Assembly: GCA_903936775.1 (NCBI GenBank)
Contig: CAIZWU010000201.1
Coordinates: 2,992-66,991, forward strand
DNA: 64,000 bases
Direction of reading: 5' to 3'
DNA from: an uncultured bacterium
GTDB lineage: Bacteria; Verrucomicrobiota; Verrucomicrobiia; Verrucomicrobiales; V1-33
Below, piece after piece: positions 16,666 through 24,511 of the stretch. Position 1 is the first letter of the stretch. The number at the start of each line of letters is the position of its first letter. The notes under the pieces are model-generated. The model made no database searches. It saw only the letters and a list, made by a program, of their open reading frames with translations, and had not been told where the DNA came from. The position numbers and the translations under genes were made by a program.

Positions 16666-17107
16666 CACGCCTCCGGGATACCACAGCGGGGCAAAGCGGA
16701 AAGCGGAAAACCAGCTGGGGATGGCCCGGATGCCGGGAAGAGCAGGGCTCGGAAACGGTGAAAAGCGGGAGGATGTAGTCCCGGACGGTGAGGCCATCAC
16801 TGAAATGGAGTTGAACCTCTCCTGCTTTCAGACTGAGTTGGTCTGCCGGTCGTAACCGGATTGGCCCCGCGTTTGCCGGGAAAATACTCCCCAGTGGCAA
16901 ATCAGAGGGCGTTGGCGGCAGGAGTGGTTTGCCATGGGCGCTTCCAGAGGGCTCCTGGGGTGCAGAGGCCGGATCGGCGCGATTGGCTGGCACCGGCTGG
17001 GAGAAGGTGCATGTGGGGGAGGGTTCTGAAGCGGGCCGGGGGTGGGGCTGTTTCCAGAAAAGAAGAGGACTTGCATCCTGCCGGGGGTGTGGGATGGTAG
17101 TCCCGCT

Positions 17108-17463
17108 GGGGGCGCACCGGTTTCGACTAGTGACTGGAGGCGTTGGCAGCATGCCGGGGATGATTCGTTGGCCCCGTTAACAATTCGGATCAAAACAAAC
17201 AAACGCTAACTCTAACGAGCTCGCACTCGCCGCTTAATTGACGGTGACATCCTCTGCCGAATGTCTGATACGGTAGAGGGTGCAACTTATCAGGCTGGCC
17301 AAAAGCCCGGGCCACCGGGGCCAAGGCGAGATTCACAGGAGGATCGGGACAGGTCATTCCGCCGGCGGAAGGTCAGGTCCTTAACTTAAATCTCCGGCTA
17401 AGCATGTAGAAACCTTCGTTAAAAGGCATTAGGACACGGGTTCAATTCCCGTCGCCTCCACCA
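17108..17463 (+). ncRNA. ssrA: tmRNA (SsrA)
   Basis: The 5' end GGGGGCG pairs with the 3' end CGCCTCC-ACCA, including a G3:U pair (alanine identity element). The T-arm is ACGGG-TTCAATT-CCCGT and CCA is encoded. The 5' region parallels E. coli tmRNA: GGTTTCGAC, then GCATGCCGGGG...GGCCCCG (PK1). The tag ORF at 17205-17237 is GCT AAC TCT AAC GAG CTC GCA CTC GCC GCT TAA = ANSNELALAA*, preceded by an A-rich tract. Confidence 0.9.
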
Positions 17464-17474
17464 TCTTTCCTGCT

Positions 17475-17503
17475 TTTCCCCGGCGTGACCAACGCCGGGG
17501 AAA
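17475..17503. terminator. GC-rich stem-loop between convergent ssrA and rsmI
   Basis: TTTCCCCGGCG-TGACCAA-CGCCGGGGAAA forms an 11-bp stem 12 nt after the tmRNA CCA end. There is no clear U-tract on either strand, so terminator function is tentative. Confidence 0.35.
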
Positions 17504-17538
17504 GGTGGCAGGAGAAAGGCCGATCGCAAGATGGCGGG

Positions 17539-18288
17539 TCAATCCGGGGTTTCCCCTTCGGAAGCGGGCTCCGCACCGGCCGCCTGAATCGCCCACTTCG
17601 GCAAGGCCACTCCGGCAATGAGCAGGCAAATTTCTCCTTTGGCGGGATGGGCCCGATAATGAGCGGCCACTTCAACCGAGGTCCCCCGCCGGTATTCCTC
17701 GAATTTTTTGGTCAGCTCCCGGGCGACACAGATGAGCCGGTCAGGGGCGATCCGGGCGAGCAGGGCGAGGGTGCTCTCCAGGCGGTGCGGGCTTTCGAAG
17801 AAGACGCTGGTTTCATCAGCATCCAGGGCGGCGGCAAGGACGCGCTCCCGTTGGCCACTTTTCACCGGGAGGAATCCGCCAAAATAAAACGCATCGGCCG
17901 GAAACCCACTGCCAATCAAGGCAGTCAGCACGGCGCTGGGGCCGGGGAGGACCTCTACCGGTAAACCGGCCTGACGGCAGGCGGCGACGAGGCGTTGACC
18001 GGGATCGGAAACCCCGGGCATGCCCGCATCCGAAATATAGGCAATGCTTTTGCCCCCGCTCAATTCCCTGAGAAATTGGGCGGTGCGCATGGCTTCGTTG
18101 TGCTGATGCAGGCTCACCAGTGGTTTACGGATTTCCAGATGCGCGAGGAGCACGCCGGAGTGGCGGGTGTCCTCGCAGGCTATCAGATCCACTTCCGCCA
18201 AGGTATCGCGGGCCCGCAGGGTGATATCGCGGAGATTTCCGATGGGGGTGGCGACAATATAAAGATGACCGGGCTGCACTGAAGACAT
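17539..18288 (-). CDS. rsmI: 16S rRNA (cytidine1402-2'-O)-methyltransferase RsmI
   Basis: 249 aa. LYIVATPIGNLRDITLRA...LIACEDTRHSGVLL matches the tetrapyrrole-methylase-fold RsmI signature. Confidence 0.9.
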   Translation of the reverse strand: MSSVQPGHLYIVATPIGNLRDITLRARDTLAEVDLIACEDTRHSGVLLAHLEIRKPLVSLHQHNEAMRTAQFLRELSGGKSIAYISDAGMPGVSDPGQRLVAACRQAGLPVEVLPGPSAVLTALIGSGFPADAFYFGGFLPVKSGQRERVLAAALDADETSVFFESPHRLESTLALLARIAPDRLICVARELTKKFEEYRRGTSVEVAAHYRAHPAKGEICLLIAGVALPKWAIQAAGAEPASEGETPD

Positions 18289-18492
18289 GTCCCGTCCGTG
18301 CGCGGGGAAGGGCAGGGAAGCAAGATGGATTTGGCTGGGGAGGACATGCGCCGGGGATGTTCGAAATCCTCATGGAAGATCTTAATTTGGAAAATAGTGC
18401 AAAATCCGGCGTAGACTACACTGGACTTGCGTAGCGACTGCTGGTAAAAGGCATCGGAAAAATATTACTGCGCCGCCTATTTCCCCTAATTT

Positions 18493-19353
18493 ATGAAACC
18501 CGCTTACGAAAAACTCGCCGCCAGTGTGGAGGATGGAGTGAACTGCAATCTCGTCCAAGGCAAGACCTTCGGCTGCGTGTGGCACTTCCATCCGGAATAC
18601 GAAATCACGCTGACGCGCAAAGCCCGCGGCCATCGCATGGTCGGGGACAATCTGACCAGTCTGAAGGCGGGGGATATCGTGCTGGTGGGGTCCAATCTCC
18701 CGCACGACTGGCAAAATGATGCTGGCGCGCCGGGTGGCCCCCAGCCGGTGGATCATATGTGCATCCATTTCGCACCGGACTGGCTGGGCTGCGGTTGGCA
18801 GGAACTGCCGGCGATGCAGCATGTCCGCAAGTTGCTGGCGCGGGCCGCCCTGGGAATCCATGTGACGGGCAGAACCCGCGATGAGGTGGAGGAATTGATG
18901 CTCCGGATCCCGGAAGAGCACGGCCTGCCCCGGGTGGTCACGGTGCTGAGCATCCTCCACAAAATTTCGGTCTCGACCACCTGCAACACCATCGCCAGCC
19001 GCGGGTTTGCCCCGGAACTTGATCCGCAGGATGAACAGCGCGTCAACAAGGTCGCCCAATACATCCAGGGGCACCTTGACGAGACCATCTACTTGGAAAA
19101 CCTGGCAGAACTGGTGCATCTCAGCCCGGGGGCTTTCAGCCGCTTTTTCAAGGCCCGCACCGGGAAGACCGTGCCGGGGTTCATCAACGAACTCCGCATC
19201 GGCCGCGCCTGCCGCCTCCTTGCTGAAACCGACTATCCCATCACCGAAATCGCCTTCAGTTGTGGGTTCCCCAATCTGGCCAACTTCAACCGCCAGTTCC
19301 TCCGCCTGAAAATCATGCCGCCGCGCGAATGGCGCCGGCAGTTTGCCGGTTGA
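18493..19353 (+). CDS. AraC-family transcriptional regulator (cupin sensor + dual HTH)
   Basis: 286 aa. The N-terminal region is cupin-like (WHFHPEYEITL...GDIVLVGSNLPH). The C-terminal AraC HTH is LAELVHLSPGAFSRFF...ITEIAFSCGFPNLANFNRQF. Confidence 0.9.
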   Translation: MKPAYEKLAASVEDGVNCNLVQGKTFGCVWHFHPEYEITLTRKARGHRMVGDNLTSLKAGDIVLVGSNLPHDWQNDAGAPGGPQPVDHMCIHFAPDWLGCGWQELPAMQHVRKLLARAALGIHVTGRTRDEVEELMLRIPEEHGLPRVVTVLSILHKISVSTTCNTIASRGFAPELDPQDEQRVNKVAQYIQGHLDETIYLENLAELVHLSPGAFSRFFKARTGKTVPGFINELRIGRACRLLAETDYPITEIAFSCGFPNLANFNRQFLRLKIMPPREWRRQFAG

Positions 19354-19355
19354 GT

Positions 19356-20795
19356 TCAGGCCAGGATGGCCTTGATGACCCCGCCGTGGACGTCGGTGAG
19401 GCGGAAGTCCCGGCCCTGCGAACGGAAGGTCAGCCTTTCGTGGTCAAGACCGAGGCAGTGCATCAAGGTGGCCTGAAGGTCATGGACGTGCACCGGGTCC
19501 TGAATGATGTTGTAACCGAGGTCGTCGGTGGCGCCATGGACCATGCCGGGCTTGATGCCGCCGCCCGCCAGCCACATGGAATATGCCTTGGGGTGGTGAT
19601 CACGTCCCCGGGCACGGCCCAGCGCGGCATTGCTTTCCACCATGGGGGTCCGGCCAAACTCCCCGCCCCAGATGACGAGAGTCTCATCAAGCAGGCCACG
19701 CTGCTTGAGATCGGTCACCAGCGCGGCACTGGCCTGGTCGGTGGCCTGGCAAAGGTTGCGGTGATTTCCCACCACATCGCTGTGGGCATCCCAGCCCTCG
19801 TGAAAAAGATTCACAAAGCGCACGCCCCGCTCAATCATGCGGCGGGCGAGCAGGCAGGCCCGGGCGAAAGACGGTTTATCCGGCTCACAGCCGTAGAGAT
19901 CGAGAGTGGCCTGGGATTCCTGGCGCAGGTCCATCAATTCGGGAGCGGAGGACTGGAGGCGGAAGGCGAGTTCGTAGTTGGCCAGGCGGGTGGTGATTTC
20001 CGGATCGCCGGTGGCGGCGAGTCGATGGCGGTTCATGGTGCCGACCAGATCGATGGTATCGCGCTGCAGACCGGGCCGGATCCCGGGCGGATTGGAAACA
20101 TTGAGGATCGGGTCGCCCTGATTCCGGAAACGCACTCCGTTATAACTGGTCGGCAGAAACCCGCTGGACCACAGGGCAGAGCCGCCGCTGATGCCGGAGC
20201 CGGTGCTGAGCACGACAAAGGCGGGCAGATCCGTGGCCGTGCTGCCCAGTCCATAGGTGACCCACGAGCCGATGCTGGGCCGGCCCGGGACGGCAAAGCC
20301 GGTTTGGAAAAAGGTCTGGGCCGGGGCGTGGTTGAATTGGTCGGTGTGGACCGACCGGATCAGGCAGATGTCGTCGGTGATTTTGGAAAGCCAAGGCAGG
20401 GCTTCCGAGATTTCCATGCCGGACTGGCCGTGGCGCGCGAATTTGAATTGCGGGCCCATCACCGCGGCATCGGCGCGGATGAAAGCGAGGCGCTGACCGC
20501 TGGTGACGGAGGGGGGCAGGGGCTTGCCATCCATGCGGGTCAGTTCCGGCTTGGGATCGAACAAATCAAGATGGCTGGGCGCTCCGGCCATGAAAAGATG
20601 GATCACAGCTTTGGCCTTGCCGGGAAAATGCCCCGGCTTGGTCAGCATGGGATTCACCGGAGTCGCGGCCTGGCTGGCGGTGCCTTCGGCGAGCAGGCTG
20701 GCCAAGGCCACTTTGCCGAGACCGATGCCGCAATCCTTCAGGAAGTGGCGGCGGGTGATATCGAGACAGTCTGTTTGGAATCGGTGCATGGCCAT
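19356..20795 (-). CDS. DUF1501 domain protein (sulfatase/alkaline-phosphatase-like superfamily), Tat signal
   Basis: 479 aa with a Tat-like leader ITRRHFLKDCGIGLG and the family block WGGEFGRTP. Its ATG at 20795-20793 immediately follows the TGA at 20798-20796 of the upstream giant gene. Confidence 0.9.
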   Translation of the reverse strand: MAMHRFQTDCLDITRRHFLKDCGIGLGKVALASLLAEGTASQAATPVNPMLTKPGHFPGKAKAVIHLFMAGAPSHLDLFDPKPELTRMDGKPLPPSVTSGQRLAFIRADAAVMGPQFKFARHGQSGMEISEALPWLSKITDDICLIRSVHTDQFNHAPAQTFFQTGFAVPGRPSIGSWVTYGLGSTATDLPAFVVLSTGSGISGGSALWSSGFLPTSYNGVRFRNQGDPILNVSNPPGIRPGLQRDTIDLVGTMNRHRLAATGDPEITTRLANYELAFRLQSSAPELMDLRQESQATLDLYGCEPDKPSFARACLLARRMIERGVRFVNLFHEGWDAHSDVVGNHRNLCQATDQASAALVTDLKQRGLLDETLVIWGGEFGRTPMVESNAALGRARGRDHHPKAYSMWLAGGGIKPGMVHGATDDLGYNIIQDPVHVHDLQATLMHCLGLDHERLTFRSQGRDFRLTDVHGGVIKAILA

Positions 20796-23700
20796 TCAGC
20801 TTTTGGTGACAAATTCGTCCATATTGAGCAGCGCCCGGCAGAGCAGGGTCCAAGCCGCGGCCAGGGGAGTCGCGTCCGCTCCGCACAATTCGCGGGCCGA
20901 TTCCGGGTTGCTGTTGAATGCGGCCAACTGTTTTTCGTGGAAGGCCAGCAGATGAGCGGCTTCATCCGTTGCCGGGGGGCGGGAGAAACAGGTGGTGAAG
21001 GCATACTCGAGATGGTCAGCGGGGGACCCAGGGCGGGCCGCCAGCTTTTTCCCGAAAGCGATGGCGGCTTCCATGATGGTGACGTCGTTCAGGAGGGTCA
21101 GGGCTTGGAGTGGGGTGTTGGAGCGGTCACGGCGCACGATGCAGGCATCGCCGGCCGGAGCGTCAAAGGTGGTGGCGAAGGCAAACGGGGCGGTGCGCTT
21201 GGCAAAGGTGTAGATGGAGCGCCGGTAGCGGTCGTCCCCGGTGCTGGTGGGCCAGGTCAGGGCGCCGTAGGTGCCTTCGGTGGTCACGCTGGAGGGTTGG
21301 GGAGGATAGACTCCGGGGCCAAACATTTTTTCGGAGAGTAAACCGGCGGCCTGGAGCGCCGCATCTCTGACTTCTTCGGCGTCGAGCCGCAGCCGGGGAC
21401 CGCGCCAGAGCCATTTGTTTTCCGGGTCGGCGGCTGCTGCTTCAGGCTGATCCGCACTCGATTGCCGGTAGGTATGGCTCAGGACGATCCGGCGGTGGAG
21501 TTTTTTCATGGACCAGCCGTCTTCCATGAACCGCACCGCGAGCCAGTCGAGCAGTTGGGGATGGGAGGGAAGCTGGCTTTGATAGCCAAAGTCCTCCTGG
21601 GATTTCACGAGACCCCGGCCAAAGAAGGTAGCCCAGGTGCGGTTCACCACCACCCGGGCGGTGAGTGGCTGATCACGGCTGACCAGCCAGCGGGCGAAGC
21701 TCAAGCGGTTCGCCGGGGCGCCGGGAGGCAGGGGGTTCAGCACGCTGAGCACGCCGGGTTCCACCCGGTCCACAGGCTGGGTAAACTCCCCGCGGTTATG
21801 GAGGAAAGTGGGGCGGGGATTCTCCGCGGGCCGCTCCTGCATGACCAGCGTGGTGAGGGTGGCCGCGGGTTGGCGGAGCTGGTCGATTTCCTTCCGGGTT
21901 TCGGCCAATTCGGGGGTTTGGAGCAGGAATTCCTGCTGCAGGGAGGCCCGTTGGGCCGGCTGCAGAGGGGTGGTCAGGAGCGGTTGCAGATCCGCGGGCA
22001 GGGTGCTGGCGCGGATCTCTCCGGCCTGGGTGGTGAAGGAGATCCGGAATTTCCCCAATGAACAGGCGTAATGCCGCCCGAACATCATGGTCAGGGAGAC
22101 CGTGCCCTGGTCCGGGTTCAGGGGTTTTTCGAGAACGAAGACTGCTTCGTGGGCCCGGCCTTGGCCATCGGCACAACTCCAGCCGGTTTCCGGATTGCCG
22201 TCGATGGCCAGTTGGGCGCTGACAGGTTGCCCGAACTGGTTCTTCGCATAACTCTCCGTGGCCTTGGCCAGCTTCACCGGTTGGCCACCGCTGGAAAGTT
22301 GGAATTCACCGAGGAAAAAATCGCCTTTGGGGCCTTCGTAATAGGCCATCCCGGGGCCCCGGCCGGGCAGGCGGGAGTCGGGCAGGGCTTCGAGCCGGAT
22401 GGCGGTGACCCCCGTGGGTACTTTGGTGAATTGGAGTTGATAGGTGTCAGCTTTGCTGGTGTCGCCGCTGACAAAAACGGAGGCATCGGGCTGGATCGTG
22501 AGAAGGGGCAGATTGGAGGTGGCCACGGTGGGTGCCACGGGCTGCCACCTGGCGGTGTGGCTGCGTTGGGTGGCCAGCCAAGCCTCCGTGGACTGTTCCA
22601 GGGACAAGGGGGTAGCTGGGGTCGCAGCGGTTCCCAGACTTACTTTGACCCTTCCGAGGGTGTGGTGGTTGCCGTGGGTTTGCTTGAGGGTGACGTTAAG
22701 GGAGGTCACGGGCAGGGATTCCGGGAAGGCGAAAACAGCGGTCCTTGTCTGATGGAGGTTTCCTTTGCCATCATCGACCGCCCATCCGGAATTTTCATCC
22801 CCGTCCACCGCTGCGGAAAGGGGAAAGCCGGCCTGTTCGGCAGTGGGGGAACTGGCCATGAGAGCCAAGGTCCGGCTGGCGGCATGGACTTCGATCTCAT
22901 TGAGCACAAAATTCCCATGCGGGGTGCGGCCCGGACCCTTGCCGGGGAGCGTGTCGTCCGTGAGGGCCTCAAGGCGCAGGTGGGTGGCCTTGGCCGGGAT
23001 GCCCTGAAGATGGAGGGTGACCGTGGTTTTGTCAGGGCCCGGTGCCTTGAACAACACCGATTGGTCCGGCAGCACCCGGGCGGGGTCCGCGGCGTTGGGC
23101 TCCACTGTGACCGAGGTGGGATTATGCCATGCGATTGCCTCCGGTTTGGCCTGTTTGGCCAGCCAAAGTGACGGCAACCCAGCCAACAAGCTTCCGAGTT
23201 TTTCAGCCCGGGCCATTTCCTGCTGCTGATGGTCCGGACCCGGCAGTTCCAGCTCGGGCTCATCGGCGTTGTTGAGCAGGGCCATGATCGAGAAATACTC
23301 GTGGTGGGTCACCGGATCAAATTTGTGGGTGTGGCACTGGGCGCATTGCAGGGTGAGGCCCAGCCAGGTGGCGCTGGTGGTGGCCACGCGGTCCACCATG
23401 GCATGATAGCGGAATTCCAGCGGATCGATGCCGCCTTCCTCGTTCAGCATTGTGTTCCGATGGAACCCGGTGGCGATCAGTTGGTCGGTGGTGGGATCGG
23501 GGAGGAGATCGCCCGCAATCTGTTCGATCGTGAACTGGTCGAAGGGCAGGTCGGCGTTGAGCGCGCGGATGACCCAGTCGCGCCACGGCCAGATGGTGCG
23601 GCTGCGGTCCTTTTCATAACCATTGGTGTCTGCATAACGGGCCAGATCGAGCCACTTCCGTCCCCATCGCTCGCCATAATGCGGGGAGGCCAGCAGGCGG

Positions 23701-24350
23701 TCCACGGCATCTTCATAGGCCTGAGAGGAAGGGCCGGCGAGCCCGGTGGCCAGTTCTGCGGCGGTGGGGGCGAGGCCGGTCAGGTCGAAGCTGACGCGCC
23801 GGAGCAGGGCGGCCCGGCCGGCTTCCGGTGAGGGGGCGAGGCCGGCCCCGGCTAGCAACGGTTGCACCAGGGCATCCACTTCATTGTGTTGAGGCCACGC
23901 CGCCTGAACCGGGGCGGGCACTGCAGGCAGGACGGGGGCCTCGAAGGCCCAATGTTTTTCATAGGCGGCACCGTCCGCGACCCATTGTTCAAAGAGACGG
24001 ATTTCGTCAGGAGTCAGCGCCTTTTTCATGGCGGGCGGCGGCATCACTTCATCCGGATCCGTGGAGCGCATCCGCCTTAGGATTTCGCTGTCGGAAATGT
24101 TGCCGGGGACGATGCCTGCCGCTCCCGATTTCCCCCCTGTCAGGGCGTCGTCACGCAGATCAAGACGCAGGTTCCCTTTGCGTCCCTTGTCGTCGGGCCC
24201 ATGGCATTTCAGACAGCGGTCGGAGAGCAGGGGCCGGACATCCTGACTGAAGGATGGAGGCTCTGCACTGGCTGGGGAGAGGCCTGAGGCGGTCAAGGCC
24301 AGAGCCAGGCAAAAATATTTCGGGGGGAGCATGGAACAGCTGAAGATCAA
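20796..24350 (-). CDS. PSCyt + DUF1549 + DUF1553 domain protein (planctomycete-type cytochrome-like giant protein)
   Basis: 1184 aa with a signal peptide. It has an N-terminal CxxCH block DRCLKCHGPDDKGRKGNLRLD, a DUF1549-like RRVSFDLTGLAPT and a DUF1553-like LQCAQCHTHKFDP. This is the standard partner of DUF1501 genes. Confidence 0.9.
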   Translation of the reverse strand: MIFSCSMLPPKYFCLALALTASGLSPASAEPPSFSQDVRPLLSDRCLKCHGPDDKGRKGNLRLDLRDDALTGGKSGAAGIVPGNISDSEILRRMRSTDPDEVMPPPAMKKALTPDEIRLFEQWVADGAAYEKHWAFEAPVLPAVPAPVQAAWPQHNEVDALVQPLLAGAGLAPSPEAGRAALLRRVSFDLTGLAPTAAELATGLAGPSSQAYEDAVDRLLASPHYGERWGRKWLDLARYADTNGYEKDRSRTIWPWRDWVIRALNADLPFDQFTIEQIAGDLLPDPTTDQLIATGFHRNTMLNEEGGIDPLEFRYHAMVDRVATTSATWLGLTLQCAQCHTHKFDPVTHHEYFSIMALLNNADEPELELPGPDHQQQEMARAEKLGSLLAGLPSLWLAKQAKPEAIAWHNPTSVTVEPNAADPARVLPDQSVLFKAPGPDKTTVTLHLQGIPAKATHLRLEALTDDTLPGKGPGRTPHGNFVLNEIEVHAASRTLALMASSPTAEQAGFPLSAAVDGDENSGWAVDDGKGNLHQTRTAVFAFPESLPVTSLNVTLKQTHGNHHTLGRVKVSLGTAATPATPLSLEQSTEAWLATQRSHTARWQPVAPTVATSNLPLLTIQPDASVFVSGDTSKADTYQLQFTKVPTGVTAIRLEALPDSRLPGRGPGMAYYEGPKGDFFLGEFQLSSGGQPVKLAKATESYAKNQFGQPVSAQLAIDGNPETGWSCADGQGRAHEAVFVLEKPLNPDQGTVSLTMMFGRHYACSLGKFRISFTTQAGEIRASTLPADLQPLLTTPLQPAQRASLQQEFLLQTPELAETRKEIDQLRQPAATLTTLVMQERPAENPRPTFLHNRGEFTQPVDRVEPGVLSVLNPLPPGAPANRLSFARWLVSRDQPLTARVVVNRTWATFFGRGLVKSQEDFGYQSQLPSHPQLLDWLAVRFMEDGWSMKKLHRRIVLSHTYRQSSADQPEAAAADPENKWLWRGPRLRLDAEEVRDAALQAAGLLSEKMFGPGVYPPQPSSVTTEGTYGALTWPTSTGDDRYRRSIYTFAKRTAPFAFATTFDAPAGDACIVRRDRSNTPLQALTLLNDVTIMEAAIAFGKKLAARPGSPADHLEYAFTTCFSRPPATDEAAHLLAFHEKQLAAFNSNPESARELCGADATPLAAAWTLLCRALLNMDEFVTKS

Positions 24351-24511
24351 ATGGGACGGTGGTAGTCAAAGGCCCGCCGCTCCAGGTAAACGCGTTGCCT
24401 TTGAGGCTTTTATCATGTTCTCCCTCCTCTGTGCGGAGGTGCTATCAGGCCTGCAATCATGGACCCCGCATGCAGCCTTTACGGCAAAACAGGGGAGGTG
24501 GAGCGGGCAAG

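Noticed and set aside
16666-17107. A 440-bp gap between the Rrf2 and ssrA genes, with several 70-200-aa ORFs (for example 16547-17152 minus) and a locally protein-like stretch (IRLRPADQLSLKAGEVQLHFSDGLTVRDYILPLF).
   Set aside because: The ORFs are Pro-rich, overlap the Rrf2 CDS out of frame and have no motifs. I could not define a riboswitch or sRNA structure by eye. Left unannotated; it may hold divergent promoters.
17464-18300. Genomic island, integrase or direct repeat of the tmRNA 3' end downstream of ssrA.
   Set aside because: The next gene is a conserved housekeeping rsmI, only ~75 nt away and convergent. I saw no duplicated copy of the GGTTCAATTCCCGTCGCCTCCACCA segment in the window.
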